Positions 1 to 9,560 of a stretch of 58,743 nt of DNA are shown piece by piece. The notes beneath the pieces are model-generated. The model saw nothing but the letters and a program-made list of their open reading frames with translations. It did no database searches and was not told the origin of the DNA. Source of the DNA: an uncultured Candidatus Saccharibacteria bacterium (lineage in GTDB: Bacteria; Patescibacteriota; Minisyncoccia; UBA6257; GWB1-50-10); NCBI GenBank assembly GCA_964565515.1, contig CAZMFA010000002.1:1-58743 (forward strand). The letters are read 5' to 3'. Each line of letters opens with the position of its first letter. The stretch's first letter is position 1. Position numbers and translations under genes: made by a program.

Positions 1-62
1 CCGGTATACGTCATCGGTACCTCGAAAACCCCTTCACTGTAGCGAAAAAGCGGGGACGATAG

Positions 63-70
63 TGTATAAT
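63..70 (+). promoter_or_regulatory. extended -10 element TGTATAAT upstream of the T4SS-like cluster
   Basis: TGTATAAT at 63-70, 53 nt upstream of ATG 124; no convincing -35. Confidence 0.35.
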
Positions 71-123
71 TAAAATCAGGAATTACTCTACCTGCGCTAT
101 TTAAAGTTAGCTACGAAATACGA

Positions 124-882
124 ATGAGATTTCATTTAACCAAAAAGAAAAGAAGGGTGGTTGGTGTCCTTATTGTGGGCGCAGCCGTCGGTTTGAGCGC
201 TTATCTCATTGTGAAACCCACATCGGCGGAACCCCAAGCGACCGGCATTTCCATTGCGACTTCGACCGGCGGGGCGAAACTCGATCCTTCGCTCGTCTTC
301 CAATCAAATCCCCTCGAAAACCTGACGCTCGACTTCGCCAACAAGGTGTTTCAAAGCGCGATCGATAACAATTTGTACCAAACGAGCGGCCCCCCGAGCA
401 TCCTTCCGCCGAACACATCGGACGTCCAAAAGACTATTTCCCAAATCATCGACAACGAGTATGCAACGGAGGTCGTGACGAGCTCCGACATCACAGTCGG
501 CACCGATGACTCCAAGGCGGCGCAAACGCTTTACCTCCTCTATATGAATCAAGTCGTGTCGGACATCCCGACCTTCAGCGGAACCTCGACGCCTTCGGCG
601 GACCTTGCAACGTCGTTCACGACGGCCGCACAAAATTTCGATACGGCCGTGCAACTTCTCGAGGCGGTCAAGGTTCCGCCGTCGTGGGTCTCGGTCCACA
701 AAGACCTCTTGACGCTTCTCATTCACCAACGGAACGTTTTCCAGTCGCTCGCCAAAGCGAACAACGATCCGGTGCGGTTCATGATCGCTCTCTATCAAGG
801 GGGGTCGAATCAATTCGACGCCGTTTTTTCGGAGATACAGAGCGAGATAAACCAAAAGATACAAGATGAAAAACTTATTTAA
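124..882 (+). CDS. membrane-anchored hypothetical protein (first gene of T4SS-like cluster)
   Basis: 252-aa ORF with a K/R-rich N-terminus followed by one hydrophobic helix (VVGVLIVGAAVGLSAYLIV). It overlaps the next ORF by 17 nt. Confidence 0.5.
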   Translation: MRFHLTKKKRRVVGVLIVGAAVGLSAYLIVKPTSAEPQATGISIATSTGGAKLDPSLVFQSNPLENLTLDFANKVFQSAIDNNLYQTSGPPSILPPNTSDVQKTISQIIDNEYATEVVTSSDITVGTDDSKAAQTLYLLYMNQVVSDIPTFSGTSTPSADLATSFTTAAQNFDTAVQLLEAVKVPPSWVSVHKDLLTLLIHQRNVFQSLAKANNDPVRFMIALYQGGSNQFDAVFSEIQSEINQKIQDEKLI

Positions 883-2779
883 AACAGCTGCGGTTTTCCT
901 TTTAGTAACCACGACGGCAACGTACGCGGCGTTTCCAATCATTTCGAACGCTCAAACCGTTTCCCAATCGTGCGATTCATATAGCTTGGTGTGGGCATCG
1001 AACGGCAGCCCCATTGACCCCACCAACCTTAACGACTTCACTGTACCTCCAACGCCCACAACTGCGGTGGCGGGAAGTTTCGGGTTGACCACCTCAACGA
1101 ACTCCACCGCGGGGGCCACGGTACCAACATACACCCTAAACACGGCAAGCTCGACCCACGCCGGGGACACCGTACAATGGGCGTGCAGTAGCGGCACGGC
1201 GACCGCGGGTGGGCTTTTCTCGACAACCGAACAGCAGAATCCCCCCGGCATGGAATCATGTCTTGCGGCGGCCCAAATCGCCCAAAAGTATGCTTGGTAC
1301 ACCACGATGGGAAGTTCCACGCAGCTCGAAAAGAATATCAGCCTCTTCATTATGCCGAAGATTAAAAACCTGCTCTCCAATGCGCTTGGCAATTACAAAA
1401 TAGACCTCAGTACTCTCGTCGGGACGAGTACGCTGAAGAGCATCTTCGGCAACTCGAACATCTCAATCAATCAACTGACGAATCTTTTTAACAGCAATAG
1501 CATTCAAGGCGCTCTTCAAAACATTTTCTCGAATTCCGCCCTTGGACAAAGTGTAAATAGTCGGATCAGCGGCATTAGGAACACGGTAGAAGATGAGATG
1601 AAGAAGGAGCTTACTAAACTTGGCCTTGATGTTTCAGGAAAACTCACGCAATTTGCAAAATCAGAACTTGGCCTCAGCACCCAAGTTCCCGTCTACGACC
1701 AAAATGTTCAGTCGGCCGTGAATCAAAACACGGAAGCGACAAAGCAGGTCATCGCCGAGCAGAAGAACCAGGAGCTCATCGCGGACACGAGAGCGAAGTG
1801 CAACCTTCTTCTCCAAGACACCGTCGAGACAATCAAGCGATCGCTGCTCTACCAATTCACGAGCGAGACCGTCGACTGGATCCAAGGCGGAGGAATTCAA
1901 ATCAGCTCCGACGGGAAGATCACGGTGAACCCCCCGCAATATTTCCAGCGGCCCCTGAAGGACCTTGCTGACGCGGGGCTGAACGCCGTCGACAACATCA
2001 TCTCCCAGGTCGCGCCGCAGCTTTGCCAACCATTCCAGCTTGCCGTGACGCTCCAAATCCCCACAACCAACCGTCAATCCAATCCGTTCTACCAGCAGGC
2101 AAGCTGCACCTTGAATCAAGTGGTCTCCAATATCCAAGGCTTTTACAACAATTTCCGGAGCGGGAACTGGCTCGGGTACCAGGAAGTTTGGATGCCGCAA
2201 AACAACTACTACGGAGCGTCGCTCATGGTGAACGATATGCTCACGAGCGGCGTGACCCAAAGCCAGCAGGCGCTTCAAAATCAAATGAACCAATCGAACG
2301 GCTACAAGAGTACCTATATGTGCACCGAGTGGGACGAGTACAAGGAACAGCCGTCGTATTATTGCAGTTCCGGGACGTCGAATACCCGGCTGGAAAACGG
2401 GGTGTGCTATGCCTTGAACAACACCTTCAGCGATCCGAACGGAATGGTGGTCCCGACGGACGCCCAATCAATGCTGACGTCGAGCGCCTTCTTCGACCAA
2501 TCTTCAGGCAAAATCTACACGAGTTCTGACAAGTCCATGTACTACCAATGCGCAAGCGCCATCGTCACCCAGCCGTCGAACATTGCTGCGGGCCTCGCTC
2601 AACAAGCCTCTCAAGTCGACACGAACGCTATCATCAACGCGCAAGACCTGACGGACATCGGCACCATCATCCAAAACGCGGTCATCAATAAACTGACGAA
2701 GGTCGGCATCACGGGCATCCGGGGAATCCTTCAAAACCTTCCCGCCATCCAGGAAAAGTGGCAACTATTGAAACCTTGA
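866..2779 (+). CDS. secreted hypothetical protein, S/T/N/Q-rich
   Basis: 637-aa ORF with a signal-peptide-like N-terminus (MKNLFKTAAVFLLVTTTATYAAFPIISNAQT). I recognise no catalytic motif. Confidence 0.5.
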   Translation: MKNLFKTAAVFLLVTTTATYAAFPIISNAQTVSQSCDSYSLVWASNGSPIDPTNLNDFTVPPTPTTAVAGSFGLTTSTNSTAGATVPTYTLNTASSTHAGDTVQWACSSGTATAGGLFSTTEQQNPPGMESCLAAAQIAQKYAWYTTMGSSTQLEKNISLFIMPKIKNLLSNALGNYKIDLSTLVGTSTLKSIFGNSNISINQLTNLFNSNSIQGALQNIFSNSALGQSVNSRISGIRNTVEDEMKKELTKLGLDVSGKLTQFAKSELGLSTQVPVYDQNVQSAVNQNTEATKQVIAEQKNQELIADTRAKCNLLLQDTVETIKRSLLYQFTSETVDWIQGGGIQISSDGKITVNPPQYFQRPLKDLADAGLNAVDNIISQVAPQLCQPFQLAVTLQIPTTNRQSNPFYQQASCTLNQVVSNIQGFYNNFRSGNWLGYQEVWMPQNNYYGASLMVNDMLTSGVTQSQQALQNQMNQSNGYKSTYMCTEWDEYKEQPSYYCSSGTSNTRLENGVCYALNNTFSDPNGMVVPTDAQSMLTSSAFFDQSSGKIYTSSDKSMYYQCASAIVTQPSNIAAGLAQQASQVDTNAIINAQDLTDIGTIIQNAVINKLTKVGITGIRGILQNLPAIQEKWQLLKP

Positions 2780-4983
2780 TGAAGATGCTGAAAAAGAGGA
2801 GTTTCATGGTCGGTACAGCCTTGGTGATTCTATTCTTCGTCGCTTTGTCGCCGGTAACGAAAGCTCAGACCACCGTCCCGGTGCCGGTCACAAATGCGAC
2901 GTCTTCCTTCGGCAGCGCTGCTCAATTTGCAACCTATGGTTCGACGTTTTCCCAAGTGGTGGGGGGGTTGATAGACAAAGGGCTCACGGCAACAGTTACC
3001 GGGGTTGTCAGCATTGTGGGTCAAATCCTCGGCTGGATCGCCGGCGTCCTCATTTACCTCGGCTCCCAGCTTATTTCGTTCGCTTTCAGTTTGAACAACT
3101 ACATCATGGAAATGCCCGTTGTTTTGACTGGCTGGCAGGTCACAAGAGACTTGGCCAATCTCGGGTTTGTTCTCGCCCTCATCGTTATCGCCTTCATGAC
3201 CATTCTCCGGTTCAACCAGTACGGCGCCCAAAAGATGCTCCCCAAACTCATCGCTGCCGCAATCCTTGTGAACTTCAGCTTGATGATCGGCGGAGCCATC
3301 CTCGACTTCACGAACGTGGTGACGAAATTCTTCGTCGATCGGTCGCTTGGCAACGGGTCGTACGCTGAGTCGCAGGACATCGGGAGCGAAATAACGGCGG
3401 CTTTCAACCCTCAAAAACTTCTGGAAGTTGATCAATCCACCGTGAAAACGCTGACGCCGGGATTTACGACCGCCATCGTGAACGTCGGGAGCTTGCTGTT
3501 CGCTACGGCATTCACCTTCCTCATGGGGCTCGTGATGCTCGCCGTCGCGCTTATGCTTCTTTCACGATTCGTGTGGCTCGCCTTCCTTATGGCGATCGCG
3601 CCCCTGCCGTGGCTTTTTAATATAATACCAATCGGGCAATTGAAGAGCGAGGGGGGCAAGTGGTGGTCCCAATTCATCCATTGGGCATTCGTTGCTCCGA
3701 TTCTTTCCTTCTTTTTATACCTCACGCTTGCCACCGTGAACGCGGTCAGTAATATTTCGGGCACGATCTTGAGCCAAAACTCAAACGCCAGCTTGAACCC
3801 CACACTCATCAGCGGCGCCGTTCTCCAACTCACGAACATGCTCATCTTGGTCGGGTTTTTGATCGGGGGGCTCATGGCCGCAAACAGCATGGGGATCGCC
3901 GGCGCAAACGCCCTGATGGGCGTCGCGAAGAAAACCGGCGAAAAGGCCAAGGGGTGGGCTGGAAAGCAGACCGTCGGCAGGGCAGGGAGGCTTGGCAGAA
4001 GAGCACTTACGGCCGGAGCCGCCGGCGACAAAGACGGGAAATCGTGGCTTGAACGGGGAGGGGAAAGTTTGGGAAAGATACCGGTCGTCGGAGGCGCTTT
4101 CCGCGGCCTTGCCGGCGCTTCCTTCGGCGCCAAGGAGAAGTCCAAGAAGGAAATAGAAAAATCACAAGGCGAGAACAAGCGATATTCAAAAGAACTTTTG
4201 GCCGCGAAGCTCGACAAGCAAACCGTCATGACCGAGGACGACGTGGGAGCCGCCCTTGCTTTGGCGGAAAAAGGCGGATGGAACCTGTTGAACGACGGTA
4301 CTAAGGCGAAGTTGGTGAAAGCTATCAAAAGAGCCGGGGCGACGGAACGGATAGCAGCATTCGACCCCGTCGCTGCCGCTGCGGCCGGCATGCCGATAGA
4401 AAAAGCCGTCGGAAAAGTCGAGGACGTCTCGAAGCTCGACAAATCCATCCTTCAGCAGATCGCCCCCCACTTGAGGCAGCAACAGATCCGGGATTTGGGT
4501 AATAAAGGAACGAAGGATCAAAAGCAGGCATACATGGAAGGTATTCAAGGAGCCTTTATCTCCGGGGCGGCAACAGACGAGAAACGAGCTGCAGTGAAGG
4601 AGGTGTTTGATCTCTTGGACAAGACCAACGATCAGCTAGACGCAACGCTGAAAGACTACAAGGACGCAAAAGACCTCGGCAAGACGGAAGAGATGGCAAA
4701 GCTCCAGCAAAAGAGAAATGAACTCCAAAAAAGGATAGTCGACATTCAAAGCACCCTCCAAAACGGCGGTACCTACGAAGTGAAAGAAACAAGCAGCCTT
4801 CTTGGGCCGGATAACAGACCCCAAGAGACCGTCATCAAGACCATAACCATCGACACCGCCACCGACAACGAAAAGGACTTGAGAAAGAAGGCGATCGGCA
4901 ACAACCTTTCCGCTGCGAAACAAACGAGCTGGCAGGGTGAAGGCCTCTACAAAGAAAGGGTGCAGGAGCATGAAACATCATAA
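2779..4983 (+). CDS. polytopic membrane protein, VirB6/TrbL/PrgH-like by architecture and synteny
   Basis: ATG 2779 overlaps the upstream TGA (TGATG); an alternative start is at 2758. A signal-like N-terminus is followed by about 8 hydrophobic helices and a long K/E/A-rich hydrophilic tail. Its position ahead of the PrgI-like and VirB4 genes matches Gram-positive T4SS gene order. Confidence 0.45.
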   Translation: MKMLKKRSFMVGTALVILFFVALSPVTKAQTTVPVPVTNATSSFGSAAQFATYGSTFSQVVGGLIDKGLTATVTGVVSIVGQILGWIAGVLIYLGSQLISFAFSLNNYIMEMPVVLTGWQVTRDLANLGFVLALIVIAFMTILRFNQYGAQKMLPKLIAAAILVNFSLMIGGAILDFTNVVTKFFVDRSLGNGSYAESQDIGSEITAAFNPQKLLEVDQSTVKTLTPGFTTAIVNVGSLLFATAFTFLMGLVMLAVALMLLSRFVWLAFLMAIAPLPWLFNIIPIGQLKSEGGKWWSQFIHWAFVAPILSFFLYLTLATVNAVSNISGTILSQNSNASLNPTLISGAVLQLTNMLILVGFLIGGLMAANSMGIAGANALMGVAKKTGEKAKGWAGKQTVGRAGRLGRRALTAGAAGDKDGKSWLERGGESLGKIPVVGGAFRGLAGASFGAKEKSKKEIEKSQGENKRYSKELLAAKLDKQTVMTEDDVGAALALAEKGGWNLLNDGTKAKLVKAIKRAGATERIAAFDPVAAAAAGMPIEKAVGKVEDVSKLDKSILQQIAPHLRQQQIRDLGNKGTKDQKQAYMEGIQGAFISGAATDEKRAAVKEVFDLLDKTNDQLDATLKDYKDAKDLGKTEEMAKLQQKRNELQKRIVDIQSTLQNGGTYEVKETSSLLGPDNRPQETVIKTITIDTATDNEKDLRKKAIGNNLSAAKQTSWQGEGLYKERVQEHETS

Positions 4984-4986
4984 CTT

Positions 4987-5859
4987 ATGACGTTCGACGA
5001 AATTCCGCAAAACATAAAAAACAGCCTCTTCTCGGAACGAGTGGATGAAATTCTCGATGACGTGAGGGATAAGGCCTGCATCGCGAACCCCGCACTTCTG
5101 CCAGGCGCCTTTTACGACCTCATCGCCAAAGAGACGCCCGCCCATTACTTCATCGAATCCCTTGCGGAAACGGGCATCGGCGAAAAAATAGCGAAGTCGA
5201 TAGCGAAAGCAATGAAGGAACGCATCCTCGAATCGGAACGATACCCGCTTTTCCGATGGGGCGTCGACATCAGCGAGATCAAAACGGGCGATGCGGAAGA
5301 CATCGAACGCCTCGGCCTCAAAGAAGATTTGGAGTCGGCAAGAGAGGAAAAAACCATACACTTGGAATCCCTCGACACTGCGACTTCCGAGCCGGAAACC
5401 ATTCCGATCCTGCGGACAGAGGGGGTCCCGCCGGAAATAAAGAAAGGGGAAACGGCGACGCCTTTCGTCCTCCAAGGGAAACCGGAGGAAGCGCGGTCGT
5501 CGGGATTTTCAGGGAGGGTGTTGCCGTCATTTTCGATGGGATTTTTCAAATCGAAGAAGCCGGCCGTTGTCGCGGAACCCAAGACCATAAAAGCGGAAGT
5601 GGAGACGCCGTCCAGCAACATGAAAAGGGTCATACATTATACGGAATCGCGATCCACGATCTCTCCCTTCGAGGCCGGCGGTGAATTTTTAAAGACCGAA
5701 GAAATCGTTCCACTTGTCAAACCGGCCGTCGAAGCCGCACTACCCGAAAGGCCGGCCGAAGAGAAAACGTTCGTTAATACCATTGCGAAGAAACAAGAGC
5801 CGACCCCCGCAGAAACCGGACCCACCCTCGAAGGGAATGTCATCAACCTCAAAGGATAA
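4987..5859 (+). CDS. hypothetical protein
   Basis: 290-aa ORF packed tightly between cluster genes; no motif recognised. Confidence 0.45.
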   Translation: MTFDEIPQNIKNSLFSERVDEILDDVRDKACIANPALLPGAFYDLIAKETPAHYFIESLAETGIGEKIAKSIAKAMKERILESERYPLFRWGVDISEIKTGDAEDIERLGLKEDLESAREEKTIHLESLDTATSEPETIPILRTEGVPPEIKKGETATPFVLQGKPEEARSSGFSGRVLPSFSMGFFKSKKPAVVAEPKTIKAEVETPSSNMKRVIHYTESRSTISPFEAGGEFLKTEEIVPLVKPAVEAALPERPAEEKTFVNTIAKKQEPTPAETGPTLEGNVINLKG

Positions 5860-5868
5860 TTATCAACC

Positions 5869-6363
5869 ATGGAATTTCAGGTGCCTCAATTCATAGAACA
5901 GAAGGCGAAAATCGTCGGGCCGCTCACCCTCGCGCAGTTTTTCTACCTCGCCGGCGCGGCAGCGGTGAGTTTTGTCGCCTATAACATTTTCAACGCGTTC
6001 TTGTGGATCTTCGTGACGTTGATCGCTTTTACCGCCGGTATCGCCTTGGCATTTGTAAAGGTCAATGGACAGGACATGACAAAGGTTCTTGGTTCGGTCT
6101 TCAGCTACTTCACGCAATCGAGGACCTACACGTGGCAGCGACAGCTTGCACAAACCACCCTGGAGCTTTCCGACGAAGATTTAAGCAATCTTCGAAAAAA
6201 TATGAGCATCCAAGAAAAATTGAAATCTCTCGCTCTTAAGGTTTCCGTCGGACGGATCCTTGGGAAGGGGCTGCCGGGAGAAGAAGGCAAGAAAAAGGAG
6301 GGGTACGAAGTTGTGACCTACTTGACCGGCGAACAGAAATTAGCCAAGCGGGTTGACTATTGA
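5869..6363 (+). CDS. PrgI-family (VirB3-like) small membrane protein
   Basis: The N-terminus MEFQVPQFIEQKAKIVGPLTLAQFFYL fits the PrgI-family pattern as I recall it (VPQ..E..K..GP....QF.YL). Two hydrophobic helices follow. Confidence 0.6.
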   Translation: MEFQVPQFIEQKAKIVGPLTLAQFFYLAGAAAVSFVAYNIFNAFLWIFVTLIAFTAGIALAFVKVNGQDMTKVLGSVFSYFTQSRTYTWQRQLAQTTLELSDEDLSNLRKNMSIQEKLKSLALKVSVGRILGKGLPGEEGKKKEGYEVVTYLTGEQKLAKRVDY

Positions 6364-6367
6364 TAAA

Positions 6368-6445
6368 CCCCGTTAGATTCCTCCTTGTTTGTCGCGGAAA
6401 TCTAAGACGACAGGAAGTCAGCTTTAAAAAGGGGATTTAACGGGG
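6368..6445 (+). repeat. palindrome-bounded element, short degenerate copy (E1)
   Basis: Arms CCCCGTTAGATTCC (6368-6381) and GGGGATTTAACGGGG (6431-6445) pair over 14 bp. Both non-Watson-Crick positions are G:U in the + strand RNA. Confidence 0.6.
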
Positions 6446-6458
6446 TAAAATAAAAGAA

Positions 6459-7115
6459 ATGGCCCAAACAAGCCTCCCAACGCAAAATTTAGTGGAGATC
6501 AAGAAGATCAAGGATGGCGTCGTCTATCTCAAGGACGGCGGCTTGGTGCAAATTATCATGGTGAACGGCATCAACTTCGACCTCAAGTCGGAAGAGGAAC
6601 AAAACGCCATCATCGGCACCTTCCAAAAATTCCTCAATTCTCTCGACTTCAGGACGCAATTCTTCATCCACTCCCGGAAGGTCAATATTCAAAAATACAT
6701 CGAGAACATCAGCGAGCGGAAAAAGAACGAAACAAACGAGCTTCTCAAGATACAGATTGATGAGTACTTGAGCTTTATAAAATCGTTCGTCGAAGAAAAT
6801 GCGATCATCAGCAAAAACTTCTTCATTGCCGTCCCGTATAATCCGACGCCTGAAACGGCTGCAACGACATCGGGACTTTTCAGTATGCTGAAGTTTGGGA
6901 AACGTGCGCCGACCCCTGCAGAAAACCAAGCGGCCGGCGTCAAGATTCAAGAGAACCTCGAGCAGTTGAAGAACCGGGTCGAGGGCATCATCGCCGGTCT
7001 CGAGCAGTTGGATCTTCGCGCAACGCCCCTGGAAGACGACGAACTCACCGAACTATTTTATAATCTCTACAATCCACAATTGACCGAGAAAAAGGATGTC
7101 AACATACCATCATGA
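6459..7115 (+). CDS. VirB4 N-terminal-domain-like protein (apparent 5' part of a split virB4)
   Basis: 218-aa ORF. The pattern VNGINFDLKSEEEQNAIIGTFQKFLNSLDFRTQFFI resembles the N-terminal domain of Gram-positive VirB4 homologues, recalled from memory and needing an HMM check. Its TGA stop lies inside the ATGAAT start of element E2. Confidence 0.45.
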   Translation: MAQTSLPTQNLVEIKKIKDGVVYLKDGGLVQIIMVNGINFDLKSEEEQNAIIGTFQKFLNSLDFRTQFFIHSRKVNIQKYIENISERKKNETNELLKIQIDEYLSFIKSFVEENAIISKNFFIAVPYNPTPETAATTSGLFSMLKFGKRAPTPAENQAAGVKIQENLEQLKNRVEGIIAGLEQLDLRATPLEDDELTELFYNLYNPQLTEKKDVNIPS

Positions 7116-7233
7116 ATCCTGTTAGAAATCGCGTACGCACATCGAAGGAAATACATGAATAAAAAATCAATCAAAGGGGTTAAAAACAATGTACGCAAAG
7201 CGCGGGGCGCGTATGCGTACTATTTCTAACGGG
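7112..7233 (+). repeat. palindrome-bounded element, family-2 copy (E2)
   Basis: Starts ATGAATCCTGTTAGAAATCGCGTACGC and ends GCGTACTATTTCTAACGGG. It is homologous end to end with 41951-42077 on the minus strand. It contains a 16-codon ORF (7112-7162, MNPVRNRVRTSKEIHE). ATG 7234 follows the 3' arm directly. Confidence 0.7.
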
Positions 7234-9003
7234 ATGAAGGTCCAAATACCAAAAGCATACAAGCCGGGGGAAGAAGATCTTTTCAACATCGTCGCCCCGT
7301 CGGGCGTGGAGGTAAACTCCAATTACTTGAAGGTTGGCGATTATTTCGCCAAAACCTTCTTCATTTTTACCTACCCGCGGTACATCTCGACGGGATGGTT
7401 TTCGCCGATCATCAACCTGCCGACCATGATGGATATTTCCATATTCGTTCACCCCATGGACACAGCCCTCGCCTTGAGGAACTTAAGAAAAAAGGTGACT
7501 CAAGTCGAAGCCGAAATAGGAGAAAAAGAAGAAAAGGGGATTGTACGCGACCCCGTCCTTGAAACCGCCTACCAAGATATCGAAAGCCTACGGGATGCGC
7601 TCCAGCAGGCCCGAGAACGGCTTTTCGAGGTCGGGGTTTACATCACCATTTACGCTTCGAGCCTCGAGGAACTTGCAAAAACGGAGGAAACCGTGACCAA
7701 TGCCATGGAAAGCCGGCTCGTGTACGTAAAGCCCGCCCTCTTCAGGCAATTAGACGGCTTCAATTCGGTCCTTCCCATCGCCAAGGACGTACTTGCCGTC
7801 CGAACCCCCCTGAACAGCGGACCGGCATCCTCGATCTTTCCCTTCACTTCCGCCGACCTTACCTCCGAAAACGGCATCCTTTACGGGATCAATATGCAGA
7901 ACAACACGCTCATCATTTTCGACCGTTTTTCGCTCGAGAACGCCAACATGGTCGTCTTCGCCAAATCGGGTTCCGGCAAATCATATGCCACAAAACTTCA
8001 AATACTCCGATCGCTTATGATGGGGACCGACGTCATCGTGATCGATCCGGAAAATGAATATCAAAACCTCGCCGATTCCATCGGGGGAAGTTATTTTAAA
8101 ATCTCGCTCACCTCAAAAAACCACGTCAATCCCTTCGACATCCCCGTCATCCCCGAGGGGGAGGAACCGGCCGACGTCTTTAAGTCGCACATCTTGAACC
8201 TCACCGGCCTCGTAAAACTGATGTTGGGAACCATAACGCCGGAAGAAGAAGCACTCCTCGACCGCGCGATCACCGAAACTTATACATCCCGTGATATCAC
8301 CGCGGAAAACTTCGGAACCTTGAAGGAAATGAATCCTCCGCTCCTCGAAGATCTCCAAACCATCCTTCGGAATACCGAAGGGGGAGCGGGAATCGCGGAG
8401 CGGTTGGATAAATACACCCACGGATCGTATTCCGGCTTCACCAATGCCCCAACCAACGTTGACATCAAAAATCGGCTCATTGTCTTTTCAATCCGCGACC
8501 TCGAGGAAGAGCTCCGGCCGATCGCCATGTACATCGTTTTGAACTTCGTTTGGAATCTCGTGCGCTCAGAACTCAAGCAGCGGCTTCTCGTGATCGACGA
8601 GGCGTGGTGGATGATGAAATACAAGGATAGCGCTTCGTTCTTGTTCGGCCTTGTGAAGCGTGCTCGGAAATACTACCTCGGCGTTACGACCATCACCCAA
8701 GACGTGGACGACTTTCTCCGCTCCGAATACGGCCGACCGATCGTCACGAACTCCGCCATGCAACTTCTCCTTAAACAATCGCCGTCAAGCATCGATTCAT
8801 TGAAAAAAGCGTTCAACTTGACTGATGGAGAATCGGCATTGCTCCTCGAGTCGGCCGTCGGCGAAGGGCTGCTCTTTGCCGGTTTGAAACATGCTGCAAT
8901 CCGCATCATCGCGTCGTATACCGAGGATCAAATCGTCACGACAAATCCCGAACAAATCCTCGAAACAAAGGGCATTAAAGAAGAAAACAATGGATCCCAT
9001 TAG
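7234..9003 (+). CDS. virB4: VirB4-family type IV secretion ATPase (C-terminal ~590 aa)
   Basis: Walker A FAKSGSGKSYATK, Walker B RLLVIDEAWWMM, and the motif YPRYISTGWFSPII typical of VirB4/TraC-like proteins. ATG 7234 is preferred over 7189 because the 15 upstream codons are element-encoded. Confidence 0.8.
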   Translation: MKVQIPKAYKPGEEDLFNIVAPSGVEVNSNYLKVGDYFAKTFFIFTYPRYISTGWFSPIINLPTMMDISIFVHPMDTALALRNLRKKVTQVEAEIGEKEEKGIVRDPVLETAYQDIESLRDALQQARERLFEVGVYITIYASSLEELAKTEETVTNAMESRLVYVKPALFRQLDGFNSVLPIAKDVLAVRTPLNSGPASSIFPFTSADLTSENGILYGINMQNNTLIIFDRFSLENANMVVFAKSGSGKSYATKLQILRSLMMGTDVIVIDPENEYQNLADSIGGSYFKISLTSKNHVNPFDIPVIPEGEEPADVFKSHILNLTGLVKLMLGTITPEEEALLDRAITETYTSRDITAENFGTLKEMNPPLLEDLQTILRNTEGGAGIAERLDKYTHGSYSGFTNAPTNVDIKNRLIVFSIRDLEEELRPIAMYIVLNFVWNLVRSELKQRLLVIDEAWWMMKYKDSASFLFGLVKRARKYYLGVTTITQDVDDFLRSEYGRPIVTNSAMQLLLKQSPSSIDSLKKAFNLTDGESALLLESAVGEGLLFAGLKHAAIRIIASYTEDQIVTTNPEQILETKGIKEENNGSH

Positions 9004-9101
9004 AAACCACAAACTTATAAAAAACACAATCGCTCGCAAAGTCGAATTAACCAAGTTTCATAGGCAATCGCTTATGAAAAAGGTATTTTGTTTCTAAAGG
9101 G
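8990..9101 (+). repeat. palindrome-bounded element, family-1 copy A, with 35-codon mini-ORF 8990-9097
   Basis: Arms CCCATTAGAAAC (8996-9007) and GTTTCTAAAGGG (9090-9101). Mini-ORF: MDPIRNHKLIKNTIARKVELTKFHRQSLMKKVFCF. The virB4 stop TAG (9001-9003) lies inside the 5' arm, and ATG 9102 abuts the 3' arm. Confidence 0.7.
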
Positions 9102-9560
9102 ATGGATGAAGATTTAAAGCCATTAAAGGAGTTCGACGCGAAGGGGCTTGACGAAACCGCAAAGAACATCGCGGGCGACGCCCCGAAGATCGGCTGGGGA
9201 GAGATCTTCCTCATAACGCCGCTTCTCTTGTTTGTTGATTTTGTGGAACTCATGGCCGGGCTCCTTGAATTCGTGCCGATTGCCGGACAAGCGATACTCC
9301 TTCCCCTTGCACTCATTTGTTCCGTAGTCGGACTCCTTATCACCGGCGGCGTCCAAGTTTATCTTTTTTTCAAACACATCAAAAACTATACCTTTCTTCT
9401 TGTCGGCATCGCCGATTCGGCCCCGTTCCTAAGCGACTTGCCGCTTCGGACCGCGGGCTGGCTCGTGACTGTTTTCATGACCAATAATAAGAAGGTTTCT
9501 CAAATAACCTCCCGAATTCCGGGCGGGAAGATCGCCAAAGCTCTAAGTGAATTGCCATGA
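9102..9560 (+). CDS. small integral membrane protein
   Basis: 152-aa ORF with about 3 hydrophobic helices; 4-nt overlap with the next ORF. Confidence 0.5.
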   Translation: MDEDLKPLKEFDAKGLDETAKNIAGDAPKIGWGEIFLITPLLLFVDFVELMAGLLEFVPIAGQAILLPLALICSVVGLLITGGVQVYLFFKHIKNYTFLLVGIADSAPFLSDLPLRTAGWLVTVFMTNNKKVSQITSRIPGGKIAKALSELP

